From a bacterium (GTDB taxonomy: Bacteria > Patescibacteriota > Minisyncoccia > Moranbacterales > UBA2206), in assembly GCA_030654225.1 (NCBI GenBank), contig JAURXY010000015.1, positions 397-64,396 of the forward strand: a stretch of DNA of 64,000 nt. Direction: 5' to 3'. The notes beneath the pieces were generated by a model. It was given only the letters and a program-made list of their open reading frames with translations. It had not been told where the DNA came from and searched no databases. Below, piece after piece: positions 36,392 to 45,955 of the stretch. The first letter of the stretch is position 1. Every line of letters starts with the position of its first letter. Both the position numbers and the translations under genes were made by a program.

Positions 36392-37638
36392 TATTTAATT
36401 TATTTTTATTCCTATGTTTATATCTGCCTTTTCAAATTGCGCTTAATCCGGCGGTGGGGATTGATTTGGCTTCGGTAAGAATTTTGATTCTGATTTTGTT
36501 TTTTGTTTGGGCATATGAGAAGATTAAAAATAAAAAAAAGTTAGTTTTGCTTGATACTCAATCGAAATTAGTTGTAATCTTTCTTTTGTTGGGCATTGCT
36601 TCTTTGTTTTTTGCTCAAAATTATGGCTGGGGGTTGAGGAAACTACTATATTTATTTTCTATTTTCCCACTTTATTTTATATCAAGGGATATTCTAAATA
36701 ATAGAGAGAAAGTGATAAAAACATTAAAGGCTTTAGTTTTGTCGGGTGCCTTGGTTTCGGTTGTTGGAATTATTCAATTTTGTGCTCAATTTTTTTGGAA
36801 TTATGAAAATATTTCAAAGGTATATTCCAATTATATCGGACCGATTTTTTGGGGAGAAAATTTGGCGCGGATGGTGTCGGATTATCCAAGCTGGTTAGTT
36901 GGTGTTTCGGGACAAAATTATTTTCGCGCAATTGGAACATTTCCTGATCCACATTCTTTCTCTTTGTTTTTGGGAATGATGTTGCCACTCTCGGTAACCT
37001 TGTTTTTTATTTCAAAAAAGAAAATTTTTTGGGCGCTTTCTACCGCAGTTATTTTTTTGGCGAATATTCTGACTTTTTCGCGTGGAGGATACGTGGCTAT
37101 TATAGTGGGGATAACAATTTTTGTCGGTGTTTTTTGGAATAAAACACAAGCAAGGCATAAATTAATGGCTGGCTTGGCAGTGATGATTCTTGCTTTGATG
37201 CTCACTGTTCCAGGGCCGGTTTCACAAAGGTTTGATTCAAGCTTTGATTTGCAAGAAGGATCAAATGCTGGGAGAATTGATATATGGCAAAAATCTTGGG
37301 AAACAATCAAAACAAAACCATTTCTTGGAACAGGAATCGGTAATTTTTCACTGGAAGTAGATAAGGAATTAGGCTATAGAAATCCGATTTATGCTCATAA
37401 TACTTATTTAGATATCGCTGTCGAAGAAGGTGTTTTAGCTAGCTTGGTATGGATGTTAATTTTATTTATAACGCTTATAAATTTTTGGATTTTTTCCAAA
37501 AAAGATATGATAAACTGCGGTTTTTTTATCAGTTTAATTATTTTTAGCGCTCATTCAATGGTAGAAACTGGTATTTATTCCCCTATGGTTTTGACACTTT
37601 TCCTCATTATCATCAGTCTGCAATATGAAAAAGAATAA
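36388..37638 (+). CDS. O-antigen ligase/Wzy_C-family protein
   Basis: R..GTF..P, TFSRGG, S..GR..IW, G.G.GNF, HNTYL....E.G. Confidence 0.88.
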   Translation: MIFNLFLFLCLYLPFQIALNPAVGIDLASVRILILILFFVWAYEKIKNKKKLVLLDTQSKLVVIFLLLGIASLFFAQNYGWGLRKLLYLFSIFPLYFISRDILNNREKVIKTLKALVLSGALVSVVGIIQFCAQFFWNYENISKVYSNYIGPIFWGENLARMVSDYPSWLVGVSGQNYFRAIGTFPDPHSFSLFLGMMLPLSVTLFFISKKKIFWALSTAVIFLANILTFSRGGYVAIIVGITIFVGVFWNKTQARHKLMAGLAVMILALMLTVPGPVSQRFDSSFDLQEGSNAGRIDIWQKSWETIKTKPFLGTGIGNFSLEVDKELGYRNPIYAHNTYLDIAVEEGVLASLVWMLILFITLINFWIFSKKDMINCGFFISLIIFSAHSMVETGIYSPMVLTLFLIIISLQYEKE

Positions 37639-38779
37639 AATATTGGAAAATTTAATTTATTTGGCAGTGTTTTTTATTCCGCTTTATTTAGTGAGGATAA
37701 GAATAGGAAATTTTCCGACAAATGCTCTGGAAATAATGATCTTGGGAATTTTTTTTCTGTGGATTTTCACTGATAAGGAAAAAATAAAAGTTAGAGAGTT
37801 TTTTATTAAATATAAAAGGTATGTTATTTTTGGTACAATGATGTTTCTGGGTATTTTACTTTCAACTTTTTTTAGTGGAAACCAATTGCAATCGTGGGGC
37901 ATAATAAAAAGTTGGTTTTTGGTGCCATTGATTTTGTTTTTTCTCACTTGGAATATAATAGAAAAAGAAAAAATAAATCAAATTTTTCTAGTTTATTCTT
38001 TTTCTGCGTTTTTTGTGGCGCTAATTTCTTGTGGATATTATATTGCCAATTTTCTTACTTATGATAATCGATTAGCTGGAATATTTAACTCTCCAAATTA
38101 TCTGGCAATGTATTTGGCGCCGGCAATTATTATCTTAATTTTTCAAAAAAATAAACTCAAAATTGGCTATTTTTTGTTTTCGATTCCAATATTAGTGGCA
38201 TTATTTTTTACTTATTCTTACTCAGCTTGGTTTTCAGTCGTTGCATCGCTCATAGTGTTAGTTTTAATAAAGAATAAAAATATTTTCAAAAAAATAGCGA
38301 TAATAATAATTATTATTCTGGCACTTTTTCTTTCGCAGTTAAATAGCAAAAAATTAACAGATCTATTGTCGGCCAATCCCCGCTCATCACTGGCTTCTCG
38401 CAGGATGATTTGGCAAGCTTCAGGAAAAATGATTGAAAATAATTTTATTTTCGGTATCGGGCCGGGGAATTTTCAGCGCACATACTTAGAATATCAAAAA
38501 TTTTATCCACCCTATTTGGAATGGGCGGTACCGCATCCAAATAACTCGTATTTAACTTGGTGGCTTTATGGCGGAATGTTAGGTGCAGTTGGTTTTTTGG
38601 GCGTAGTATTTTTATTCTTGCGAGATGTCTCTATAAGGTCAAAAAAAGAGCCTAGACAGGTTCTTTTTGTAGCTTTGGGGATAATGCTAGTGATTCTAAT
38701 TCATGGAATTTTTGACACAACTTATTTCAAAAATGATTTAGCAATTATCTTTTGGTTGAATTTTTTAGTGTTGAAATAA
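37625..38779 (+). CDS. O-antigen ligase/Wzy_C-family protein
   Basis: RL.G.F.SPN.L, S..SR..IW, GIGPGNF, HP.N.YL, HG.FD. Confidence 0.88.
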   Translation: MKKNKILENLIYLAVFFIPLYLVRIRIGNFPTNALEIMILGIFFLWIFTDKEKIKVREFFIKYKRYVIFGTMMFLGILLSTFFSGNQLQSWGIIKSWFLVPLILFFLTWNIIEKEKINQIFLVYSFSAFFVALISCGYYIANFLTYDNRLAGIFNSPNYLAMYLAPAIIILIFQKNKLKIGYFLFSIPILVALFFTYSYSAWFSVVASLIVLVLIKNKNIFKKIAIIIIIILALFLSQLNSKKLTDLLSANPRSSLASRRMIWQASGKMIENNFIFGIGPGNFQRTYLEYQKFYPPYLEWAVPHPNNSYLTWWLYGGMLGAVGFLGVVFLFLRDVSIRSKKEPRQVLFVALGIMLVILIHGIFDTTYFKNDLAIIFWLNFLVLK

Positions 38780-38783
38780 GTTT

Positions 38784-38932
38784 GGGGCTTGTACATTTGT
38801 CTATATCGAACGCGCTTCGGCACGAAAGTTTTTTTGTGAAATAAAATCCCGACAGTAATGCGGGATAGGCTATAGTTAATATTTTTTGCAATGCCTACGT
38901 ATGCTCTCGATATATCCAAACGTACAAGCCCC
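38784..38932. repeat. ~149-bp MITE-like element
   Basis: GGGGCTTGTACATTTG / CAAACGTACAAGCCCC (15/16), extending inward with TATATCGA/TCGATATA. Confidence 0.68.
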
Positions 38933-38939
38933 CTTAAAA

Positions 38940-40091
38940 TTAGAGGATTATTTTGTATAATTTCTTATCTATCTTATTCACGAAGAAAAGCAAACTTTCG
39001 TCGGTATTGAGAAAAAAATCAGAAGCATCGAAGGTGCCTGAGATGTCGCTAGTTTCTACTAAGCGACTTTTTTCTCCTGTGGCTGTATCAATTTTCCAAA
39101 AAGTATCAGCAGTGGTGAATTTTCCAGTCTTATAATCATTAGGTAAAATAGAATTATCTGGAATATTTCCTGGAAGAGCGCAGAAAACTGTTTTATTGTC
39201 TTTTGACCAAACACATTTAGAAACAAATGTGGGCAAACCAAGATTTTTGTATTCTCCTCCATTATAATTCATAACGCCGAGCTGTATTTTTGTGCCACCT
39301 TTAACGTCTGTTTGACTAACTAAAACATGACTGCCTGAATTGTCCCAGAGATAATCGGCGCCAAAACTATCCTTATAGAGACTTTTAGTATCTTCACCAA
39401 GCAACGATACTGTTTGGAAAGCAGTTGGATAGTAGGCGTCGCCATTATTCCAAAAAGAAATCAGACCGGAGCGAGGAATTTGGGCAAAGGATATTTTATT
39501 ATGAGTCAAATCAAGAATTTTTTTCCAATTTTTTCCATCTGCATCAGAAACATTCAGGGAGCTTTTTTTGTTGGCAGAATCAAGATATTTATAGATTATT
39601 TTTGAAGACACTGCTTGCCAGGAAATTTCAGTGATGCTTTTGTTGAGCATAGTCAGTTGATCATTTTTAACATCAAAAAGCAAAAAATAACTTTCTATGG
39701 AATCTTTGTTGGTTTTCAGGAGGATTTTGGATTTATCTGGAGACCAAAATCCACTTATTAGGCTGATAATTTTTTTTTCGGTTAATTTTTTTGAAACGCT
39801 CCCGACAAGATCAGTTTCCTTTAGTTCTCCAGAAGCTCCAAAATACCAAATCTTATCACCAGTATTGGAAAGAGTTGGTGAAATAACTGGCTCATCTGAA
39901 GCGAGGGATATTTTTGCACTGGAAACAGCGGTAATTTTTGACAAATCTGGCGAGGCGGAATTGTTCAGTGGGATGATTGTTTTTTTAGGCAGTTCAGTTT
40001 TCTTGAAAGACAATGTATAAATACCCCAAAAAAGCAGGGACAAAAAAAGGATAAAAAGCGAAAAGAAAAATATTTTTTTGAGGGTGGACAT
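38940..40091 (-). CDS. Membrane-anchored beta-propeller (TolB-like) protein
   Basis: N-terminal TM; WSPD and WSKD propeller motifs. Confidence 0.7.
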   Translation of the reverse strand: MSTLKKIFFFSLFILFLSLLFWGIYTLSFKKTELPKKTIIPLNNSASPDLSKITAVSSAKISLASDEPVISPTLSNTGDKIWYFGASGELKETDLVGSVSKKLTEKKIISLISGFWSPDKSKILLKTNKDSIESYFLLFDVKNDQLTMLNKSITEISWQAVSSKIIYKYLDSANKKSSLNVSDADGKNWKKILDLTHNKISFAQIPRSGLISFWNNGDAYYPTAFQTVSLLGEDTKSLYKDSFGADYLWDNSGSHVLVSQTDVKGGTKIQLGVMNYNGGEYKNLGLPTFVSKCVWSKDNKTVFCALPGNIPDNSILPNDYKTGKFTTADTFWKIDTATGEKSRLVETSDISGTFDASDFFLNTDESLLFFVNKIDKKLYKIIL

Positions 40092-40105
40092 TTTTTAATA
40101 AATAA

Positions 40106-40747
40106 TTATGGCAATTTCTTATAATCATTATCATCAAATTTATAATGAGTGGCACCAGCTTGGTCGCAATTTTTTTTACAGGCATTTTCATCAATAACAT
40201 TTGTAGAATTTCCCACGGATGTATATTTAGAAGAAACAACTTCGAAATTGGCACAAGAGCAAGGCATGAGATCAGAGGGCTTATTAGCGGAGCTTTGGGT
40301 GGAACACTCGAATTTGTTCCAAGCTTTTCTTTCTATATTTGTAGCTTTGGGATCGGTTATAGATTCCGGATCAGCTGAAAGAATCCACATGACACTATTT
40401 ACTATAAACCAAGCCATTAGTGTGATGGTAAAGCCCATAAGACTAGTGGTGAGAAAGGCTTTGGCGTTTTTCATCATTTCTTCTGAACCGGAAGAAATGA
40501 TATACATCACTCCCGCAATGAAAATTCCCACTGCTGCGACAGTGATAAGCAGTTTCAAACCAAAAGAAACGATATTTTGTATCCCAACGATTAGATGACA
40601 AAGAGTACAGGCGCCAGTTTGGTCACCGGCTAAATCTGCATCATCTACGCTTAGTCCGCAAGGCACAATTCCAGCACTGGCCGAAAAAATTGGCAAAAAA
40701 ATTCCCACGAATAACAAAAAAACAGCGATTTTTATTTTAGTTTGCAT
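40106..40747 (-). CDS. VirB2/TrbC-like pilin with a Cys-rich C-terminal extension
   Basis: Signal peptide, GIVPCG..CTLC, AG..YI.S.G......AK..L...L.G pilin motif. Confidence 0.78.
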   Translation of the reverse strand: MQTKIKIAVFLLFVGIFLPIFSASAGIVPCGLSVDDADLAGDQTGACTLCHLIVGIQNIVSFGLKLLITVAAVGIFIAGVMYIISSGSEEMMKNAKAFLTTSLMGFTITLMAWFIVNSVMWILSADPESITDPKATNIERKAWNKFECSTQSSANKPSDLMPCSCANFEVVSSKYTSVGNSTNVIDENACKKNCDQAGATHYKFDDNDYKKLP

Positions 40748-40768
40748 AATAAAATTTAAATTATTTTT

Positions 40769-41737
40769 TTATTGGCTTTTATATATGCCATTGCCTTTCC
40801 ATGCATAATGGATTGATTCATCTAACTCTCCAGGTTTGAAACAGCATTGAAAAGCTAGTGCATTGTTGCAGTCATTACTTTTGGCTAAAGATGGTAGTTT
40901 TCCTTCTGGTGTTTTTGATGTCCCGTAGCCACTATTATAGCCAGCAAAAATTTTTACAGGATCATTTTTATGATTAGATGTGTTATCTTTTATGTATTTA
41001 GCAGCTAATTCTATGGATAATCTATCATTAGATATTAAATCTTGACATGATCTTTTCGCGGTAGATGGTTTAATTTGCATTATTCCACAGGCCTTGTCGT
41101 CATTAGATAAAACCTTAGCTTTTGGATTTGTGCCACAAGATGATTCTAGCTCGGCTACGGTTCTTAATATTTCTTTTGAGATACCGCCAACATCATCAGG
41201 AATTAAACTTTTGCAAACAGAACTAGCGCTCGTTGCTGGTGATTTAGAGAAATCAATTGGAGTTTTTGAGGTTGGATCTGGACAAGCTTGATTATAACCA
41301 GCATATTTACTTGGTCCTGTGGTTTTATCATCAGTTCCGGTTATTGCAGATGATGGTGTGGATGTGATGCCTTGCAATGGTTTGAATTGTACCAGTTCTG
41401 GATTGATTGTGTAGAGTAAAACATAAGAAACTAGAGCTAGAATTAGTCCGGCGATGGCGTCGGTGATGATTCCTTTGGCTTTTCCGGTTTGGGAGTTGTT
41501 GCCGGCAGAAGTGAGATACATATATCCGCCAATCATAATCATAAACATTGCGGAAGTGCCAATCGCCCAAAGTCCGAATTTGTATATACTCATCAGATAG
41601 GCTGGAAAATCAGCCGGATCTTCAAATCCCGGAATTTTTTCCATTGGAACATATGTATCTGCAGCCAAGCAAAAAACAGGAATCAAATTAACCAGTAATA
41701 AAAGCAGAAAGATTATTTTTGTTTTTGTTATTTTCAT
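40769..41737 (-). CDS. VirB2/TrbC-like pilin fused to a lytic transglycosylase (SLT) domain
   Basis: GGY.YLTSAGN.....KAK..I..AI.GL...L.SY..L.TINP pilin; ESS, GIMQI.P.TA, AAKYI, AGYNSG. Confidence 0.8.
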   Translation of the reverse strand: MKITKTKIIFLLLLLVNLIPVFCLAADTYVPMEKIPGFEDPADFPAYLMSIYKFGLWAIGTSAMFMIMIGGYMYLTSAGNNSQTGKAKGIITDAIAGLILALVSYVLLYTINPELVQFKPLQGITSTPSSAITGTDDKTTGPSKYAGYNQACPDPTSKTPIDFSKSPATSASSVCKSLIPDDVGGISKEILRTVAELESSCGTNPKAKVLSNDDKACGIMQIKPSTAKRSCQDLISNDRLSIELAAKYIKDNTSNHKNDPVKIFAGYNSGYGTSKTPEGKLPSLAKSNDCNNALAFQCCFKPGELDESIHYAWKGNGIYKSQ

Positions 41738-41762
41738 TTTGTTTTTTAAAAAATGGGTGAAT

Positions 41763-44576
41763 CTAATCTTCTTCACGATAATTAATTTGTGGAGTAAACG
41801 AGAAAACTATTTTAGTGACAAATAGGATTAGGGAAATTGTGAGAACTATTCGAAGGAGAAATGCAAGGTATGCAGGAGTGGAAGAATAGATAGTGGCGAA
41901 TATTTTTTTTGGTTTTATGCTACCTTCTTTTGTTTCGGGAGGATCTTGCATAGTGATGATGGCATCATCAGAAACTGCTTTTTCATAAAATTGGTTATAG
42001 GTGACGCCCCAAATAGCACTCAGCGCTTTTTTGACTAAATTATTTTGCGTGTAGAGTGTGCCAACTGATATGTTATAACTTTCGCCTTGTTTTTCCTTGG
42101 ACTTTAAAGTCAAGATGCCAGCATCGTCAATCTTGAATCCATACACATTGGCATTGGCAGAATTTATCGAATCACCATCAATTTCCCAGTTCAAATTTTC
42201 CGGCGAAACGGGAAATCCATTCGTGGTAGCTTGTAATTTTATTTTGGAATTAGTGTAGGCCCAAAAATTAAGGAGGCTGTAGTCAGGGAATGATTCGCCA
42301 TTAACATCAAAATATTGCCCCAAAACTGTTTGCTTGCAAACTGTTTCATCGGCTGAGCGGATGGTAATTTCTGGATCGACTACTTGAAAATTTCTGCTAA
42401 TATTTATTTTTTTACCAGCTTTATTAGTGGCAATTAGGTTCACGGCATATTGTTCGCCAACTTCTTTGAGAATTGGAAAATAGGCAACATTAATTTGTTT
42501 GTTTAAATTTTCGTCTTCTTCTCCTTCTGATTTACACCCTTCGAAAAAACAATACTGATAGGTAAAAGGCTTGCCATCGATTGTCCAGAGAAAGTCAGGA
42601 TCGGTTTTATCTTCAAAATGATCTTTTGGGACGGATATTGCGATAATTTGATTTTTGGTCACAGGGCAAAGAGCTTTTTCTATCGGATTTTGGTCATCAT
42701 TGCAAATTTCATCTCCTAGTCCAAGCTCAATCCCAGAGGGATTATCAGTAAGAGAGGCAGTAGAAGCTACAGCAGAAGCAATATACGCACCTATTTTTTC
42801 CGTAGTAGAACTAATGGGAATAATTATATCCTGAGTGCTTTTGCGAGGATAGTCTTCACCGGTGTTTTCCGTGACAGTAAGAACAACTTTGAGATATTTA
42901 TTGGAATAGGTAGTTGCATCTGTATCATGAAGGCCTAATTTGAATTTGAAAGTGTCAATTCCGAGACCAACAGATTGGGTTGATTCTAATAAATCAGCTT
43001 TCAAAAGAGGCTCTCCCCAGATATCAGAACTAATATCTAGAGCAGTATAAACCTTCCAATTATATTGTAGGTAGTTAGTGTCTTTGGCATTAGGAATGGA
43101 AGCATGAATAGAAAGTAAGTCACCATCCCCATCGATTCCAGTCGGATCATTTATAGGATTATTTGGAGAATAGGAGAGAGTAATGTCGAGTTTATTGCTT
43201 CCGGGGGTATTTTCTTGGGGGGAAACTAGTGAATCATATAGAAAATTATCTAAATCTCGTGGTGTCTTGACTTGGTCACCATCAATATCAATTTCAAAAT
43301 CATCAAAGGAAAAAATTTCTGGGGAATAGGTGATGACTGGATTGGGGGCTTCTTCAGTTTCAGCTACATCGGTGTCGCTTATCTCATTATCATCAGCATC
43401 TTTCACGACATTATGCATTGTGATAGTGGTTTTGATACTACCAACGCCATTGACAACATCACCATCTATTTCTTGAAGGGTTGTTTTGGTGAGAGTAGTA
43501 GTGTAAGTTCCATCATTAGTAGTAGAAATAATTTCATTACTTGTTTTTGGATATTCATCATCAGTAAAATCAGTGTCAAAATCACCTATTTTTTCATTCA
43601 TTGCCCATGTGGTTTTATAAGAAGAATCATCTGTTGCAGGTGGTTCAGTAGAAACTCCTTCTACAGCTACACCAACCTTGTCGCCTTTTTGGTAGCTCCA
43701 GGTGAAGCTAGTGACTCCTAAACCGACCACATTAGCTTCATCGGGATGACCTAAATTAGCTGTGTCGTTACTATTAGGATCAGTGTGCCAAAATTTTTCT
43801 TCATCTTTGCCGAAATCTTCATCGCCAGTTTCTTTTTCTAAATTGATTGTGTCTCCCTTATTATCAACAAAATTTTTATATTTAGCGATAGGGAATAAGT
43901 GGCTATTTTTTGTGTCAGTACAATCTAGCTCATATTCTTTGCCAGATTCTGTATTACGAATATAACAATGAGGAATTTTTCCTTTTTGGTCATCACCGCC
44001 AGAAGGGGCTTCATATCCGTCATTATCAAAAGATGATTTGTAAATATCATCAGAGCTTATCATAAATCCTCCCTTAGCGATAATCCTCGTGGCTTTTATC
44101 TTATAATCATCTATGTCAACTTCGCCATCTTTATTCAAATCGCATTTCTCAAAATCATCACTTGCTTTGTATTCTGCTGTGTATTTTTTTTTATCTAATT
44201 TTTCATCAAAACAATAGCTATTTTTTAGAAACCAAGTGTAGAATAGATCATTAGGATCATTCATGAAATATGTTGGTGAAGCAGTGACGGTTATTTTTTC
44301 TCCTTCATCTGGATTGGCAGGAACGAAAAAAAGCGAAACTTGGGGTCCAGTTTTTTTCTGATCTTCAAAGTTGATAATCTGAGCTTGCTCCCTAACCTTG
44401 TTTTTGTCCACACCCAAATCACTAAAAATAGAATCCATAAAGCTAGAGGGATTGCTGGATCCCATAACGCTTCCAACGGATGTGGCTTGAGCTATCCCAG
44501 CTTGAGAGAAAAGTAACAACCCAATAAGAAGAAAATTAATGGCTGGATTTATTTTTTTGAACTTTTTATTTTTCAT
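41763..44576 (-). CDS. Large acidic surface protein with a C-terminal TM anchor
   Basis: Signal peptide, Ig-like Y.W/W.IDG motifs, DLNKDGEVD calcium-loop motif; start MKNKKF. Confidence 0.72.
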   Translation of the reverse strand: MKNKKFKKINPAINFLLIGLLLFSQAGIAQATSVGSVMGSSNPSSFMDSIFSDLGVDKNKVREQAQIINFEDQKKTGPQVSLFFVPANPDEGEKITVTASPTYFMNDPNDLFYTWFLKNSYCFDEKLDKKKYTAEYKASDDFEKCDLNKDGEVDIDDYKIKATRIIAKGGFMISSDDIYKSSFDNDGYEAPSGGDDQKGKIPHCYIRNTESGKEYELDCTDTKNSHLFPIAKYKNFVDNKGDTINLEKETGDEDFGKDEEKFWHTDPNSNDTANLGHPDEANVVGLGVTSFTWSYQKGDKVGVAVEGVSTEPPATDDSSYKTTWAMNEKIGDFDTDFTDDEYPKTSNEIISTTNDGTYTTTLTKTTLQEIDGDVVNGVGSIKTTITMHNVVKDADDNEISDTDVAETEEAPNPVITYSPEIFSFDDFEIDIDGDQVKTPRDLDNFLYDSLVSPQENTPGSNKLDITLSYSPNNPINDPTGIDGDGDLLSIHASIPNAKDTNYLQYNWKVYTALDISSDIWGEPLLKADLLESTQSVGLGIDTFKFKLGLHDTDATTYSNKYLKVVLTVTENTGEDYPRKSTQDIIIPISSTTEKIGAYIASAVASTASLTDNPSGIELGLGDEICNDDQNPIEKALCPVTKNQIIAISVPKDHFEDKTDPDFLWTIDGKPFTYQYCFFEGCKSEGEEDENLNKQINVAYFPILKEVGEQYAVNLIATNKAGKKINISRNFQVVDPEITIRSADETVCKQTVLGQYFDVNGESFPDYSLLNFWAYTNSKIKLQATTNGFPVSPENLNWEIDGDSINSANANVYGFKIDDAGILTLKSKEKQGESYNISVGTLYTQNNLVKKALSAIWGVTYNQFYEKAVSDDAIITMQDPPETKEGSIKPKKIFATIYSSTPAYLAFLLRIVLTISLILFVTKIVFSFTPQINYREED

Positions 44577-45241
44577 TTTAGATGATAAATTATAAAACTG
44601 TCTAAAATTACGAGTGAGAACAAAGCAACAATCCAAGAATAGAATATGGAGCGACTCTTATATACTATTATACCAGAAAACAGAGAAATTACGAGAGTGG
44701 GTGTCATTTGCCAAAAAGAATTTCCGGTTGGGATAAGAATTAGTACAAAAAGAAAAAATTGCAAAAAAATTGAGAGTAGACCTATTTTTTTGGAAAAATA
44801 AAGCAAAATAAATCCACGCCAGAAAAACTCTTGGATAAAAACAAAAAGATTAGCAAGGATAAGTTCATAAAGCAGAAAAATCCAGAAATTATGCACAACA
44901 TAGGACGAAAGTAAATAGTTTTTTCGGAAATCTGTATAAGTATAGAGCATAAAAAAAGTCAAAAGGGTGGCCAAAAACAGCAATATTCCCCAGAAAATGC
45001 CAGCTTGTTTGTTGCCTAAGGTCAATCCAAAAGTGGAAATATTTTTTTTGAGAATAAATTTATAATAAAGAATTGGAACGATAATTAGAAAGAAAATATT
45101 TCGAGTGAGAAGTTGGGCGGAGTTTTGCACTGGGAAAAAAAGAGACAACAACAAACAAAAAACAATCACAAGAGAAGTTGTTGCGATTTCTTTATTTTCA
45201 ATTAGGCGAGTGGATAGTTTTTTTTTGTGATAATAGCGCAT
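44573..45241 (-). CDS. CPBP (CAAX-protease-like) intramembrane metalloprotease
   Basis: QEFFWRG, multiple TMs, KSRSI..S; degenerate active site (QE rather than EE, no obvious His). Confidence 0.68.
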   Translation of the reverse strand: MRYYHKKKLSTRLIENKEIATTSLVIVFCLLLSLFFPVQNSAQLLTRNIFFLIIVPILYYKFILKKNISTFGLTLGNKQAGIFWGILLFLATLLTFFMLYTYTDFRKNYLLSSYVVHNFWIFLLYELILANLFVFIQEFFWRGFILLYFSKKIGLLSIFLQFFLFVLILIPTGNSFWQMTPTLVISLFSGIIVYKSRSIFYSWIVALFSLVILDSFIIYHLK

Positions 45242-45254
45242 TGGTTTTTATGAT

Positions 45255-45363
45255 TGTCATTCCTGCCCGCTTCGCCAAAGCTTCAGCGAGGCGAGCGAAA
45301 GCAGGAATCCAGTCTCAAAGTTTTAAGTTTATACACTAGATTCTCGTTTTCACGGGAATGACA
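45255..45363. repeat. REP-like doublet with a nested second palindrome
   Basis: Homologue of 8077-8155 with a 30-nt insert CCGCTTCGCC...GCGAGGCGAGC. Confidence 0.8.
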
Positions 45364-45369
45364 GAGATT

Positions 45370-45864
45370 TTACGCATAGCCTTGCTCAATTTTTTGAGCG
45401 TTCTGTTTTCTTTTTTTCAAGACTGTGAGATATATCATTGTCACAAGACCCATAGTTGCTGGCAAAAAACTTATCCCAGGGAGAATTTCCACCGCTGTTC
45501 CTCCGAAAAGCATTAGTAATATATTTATCCCTCCACCTCCACCCATAGAAACTCCAATCATTACCATAAATCCAATAAAGATAAAAATCAAAATAGTCAT
45601 TATGATTACCAAGGCATAACCTACTCCTGTCGCTTGGAAAAGATCTAATATGTCCTTTAGTCCTGCAGCAATGAAAGCAATGGCAAAAACCGGATCGGAT
45701 TTTTTGATTTGAGAAAACCGAGAAGTTTTCTTGGCGGGTTTTTGAGGGGCATTATCAACAGGTGGAACAGTTTTTTTGGCTTGTTCTTTTTCCTCAACTT
45801 TTTTTTGCTGGTCTTTTTGTTTAGCATCCTCTAATTCTTGTTGTTTTTGTGGGTCGTAATTCAT
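45370..45864 (-). CDS. Membrane protein of the T4SS locus
   Basis: Charged N-terminus, three to four TMs, EILPG..FLP motif. Confidence 0.65.
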   Translation of the reverse strand: MNYDPQKQQELEDAKQKDQQKKVEEKEQAKKTVPPVDNAPQKPAKKTSRFSQIKKSDPVFAIAFIAAGLKDILDLFQATGVGYALVIIMTILIFIFIGFMVMIGVSMGGGGGINILLMLFGGTAVEILPGISFLPATMGLVTMIYLTVLKKRKQNAQKIEQGYA

Positions 45865-45865
45865 A

Positions 45866-45952
45866 ATCAATATTCAATAAACAATGAGCAAAGATCAATA
45901 ATACGAATAATTATCTAGCTTATTTATTGTTCATTGTTCATTGATCCTTGTT
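45866..45952. repeat. Palindromic heptamer (ACAATGA/TCATTGT) cluster (empty site)
   Basis: 45923-45952 is identical to 48540-48569. Confidence 0.78.
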
Positions 45953-45955
45953 TTT

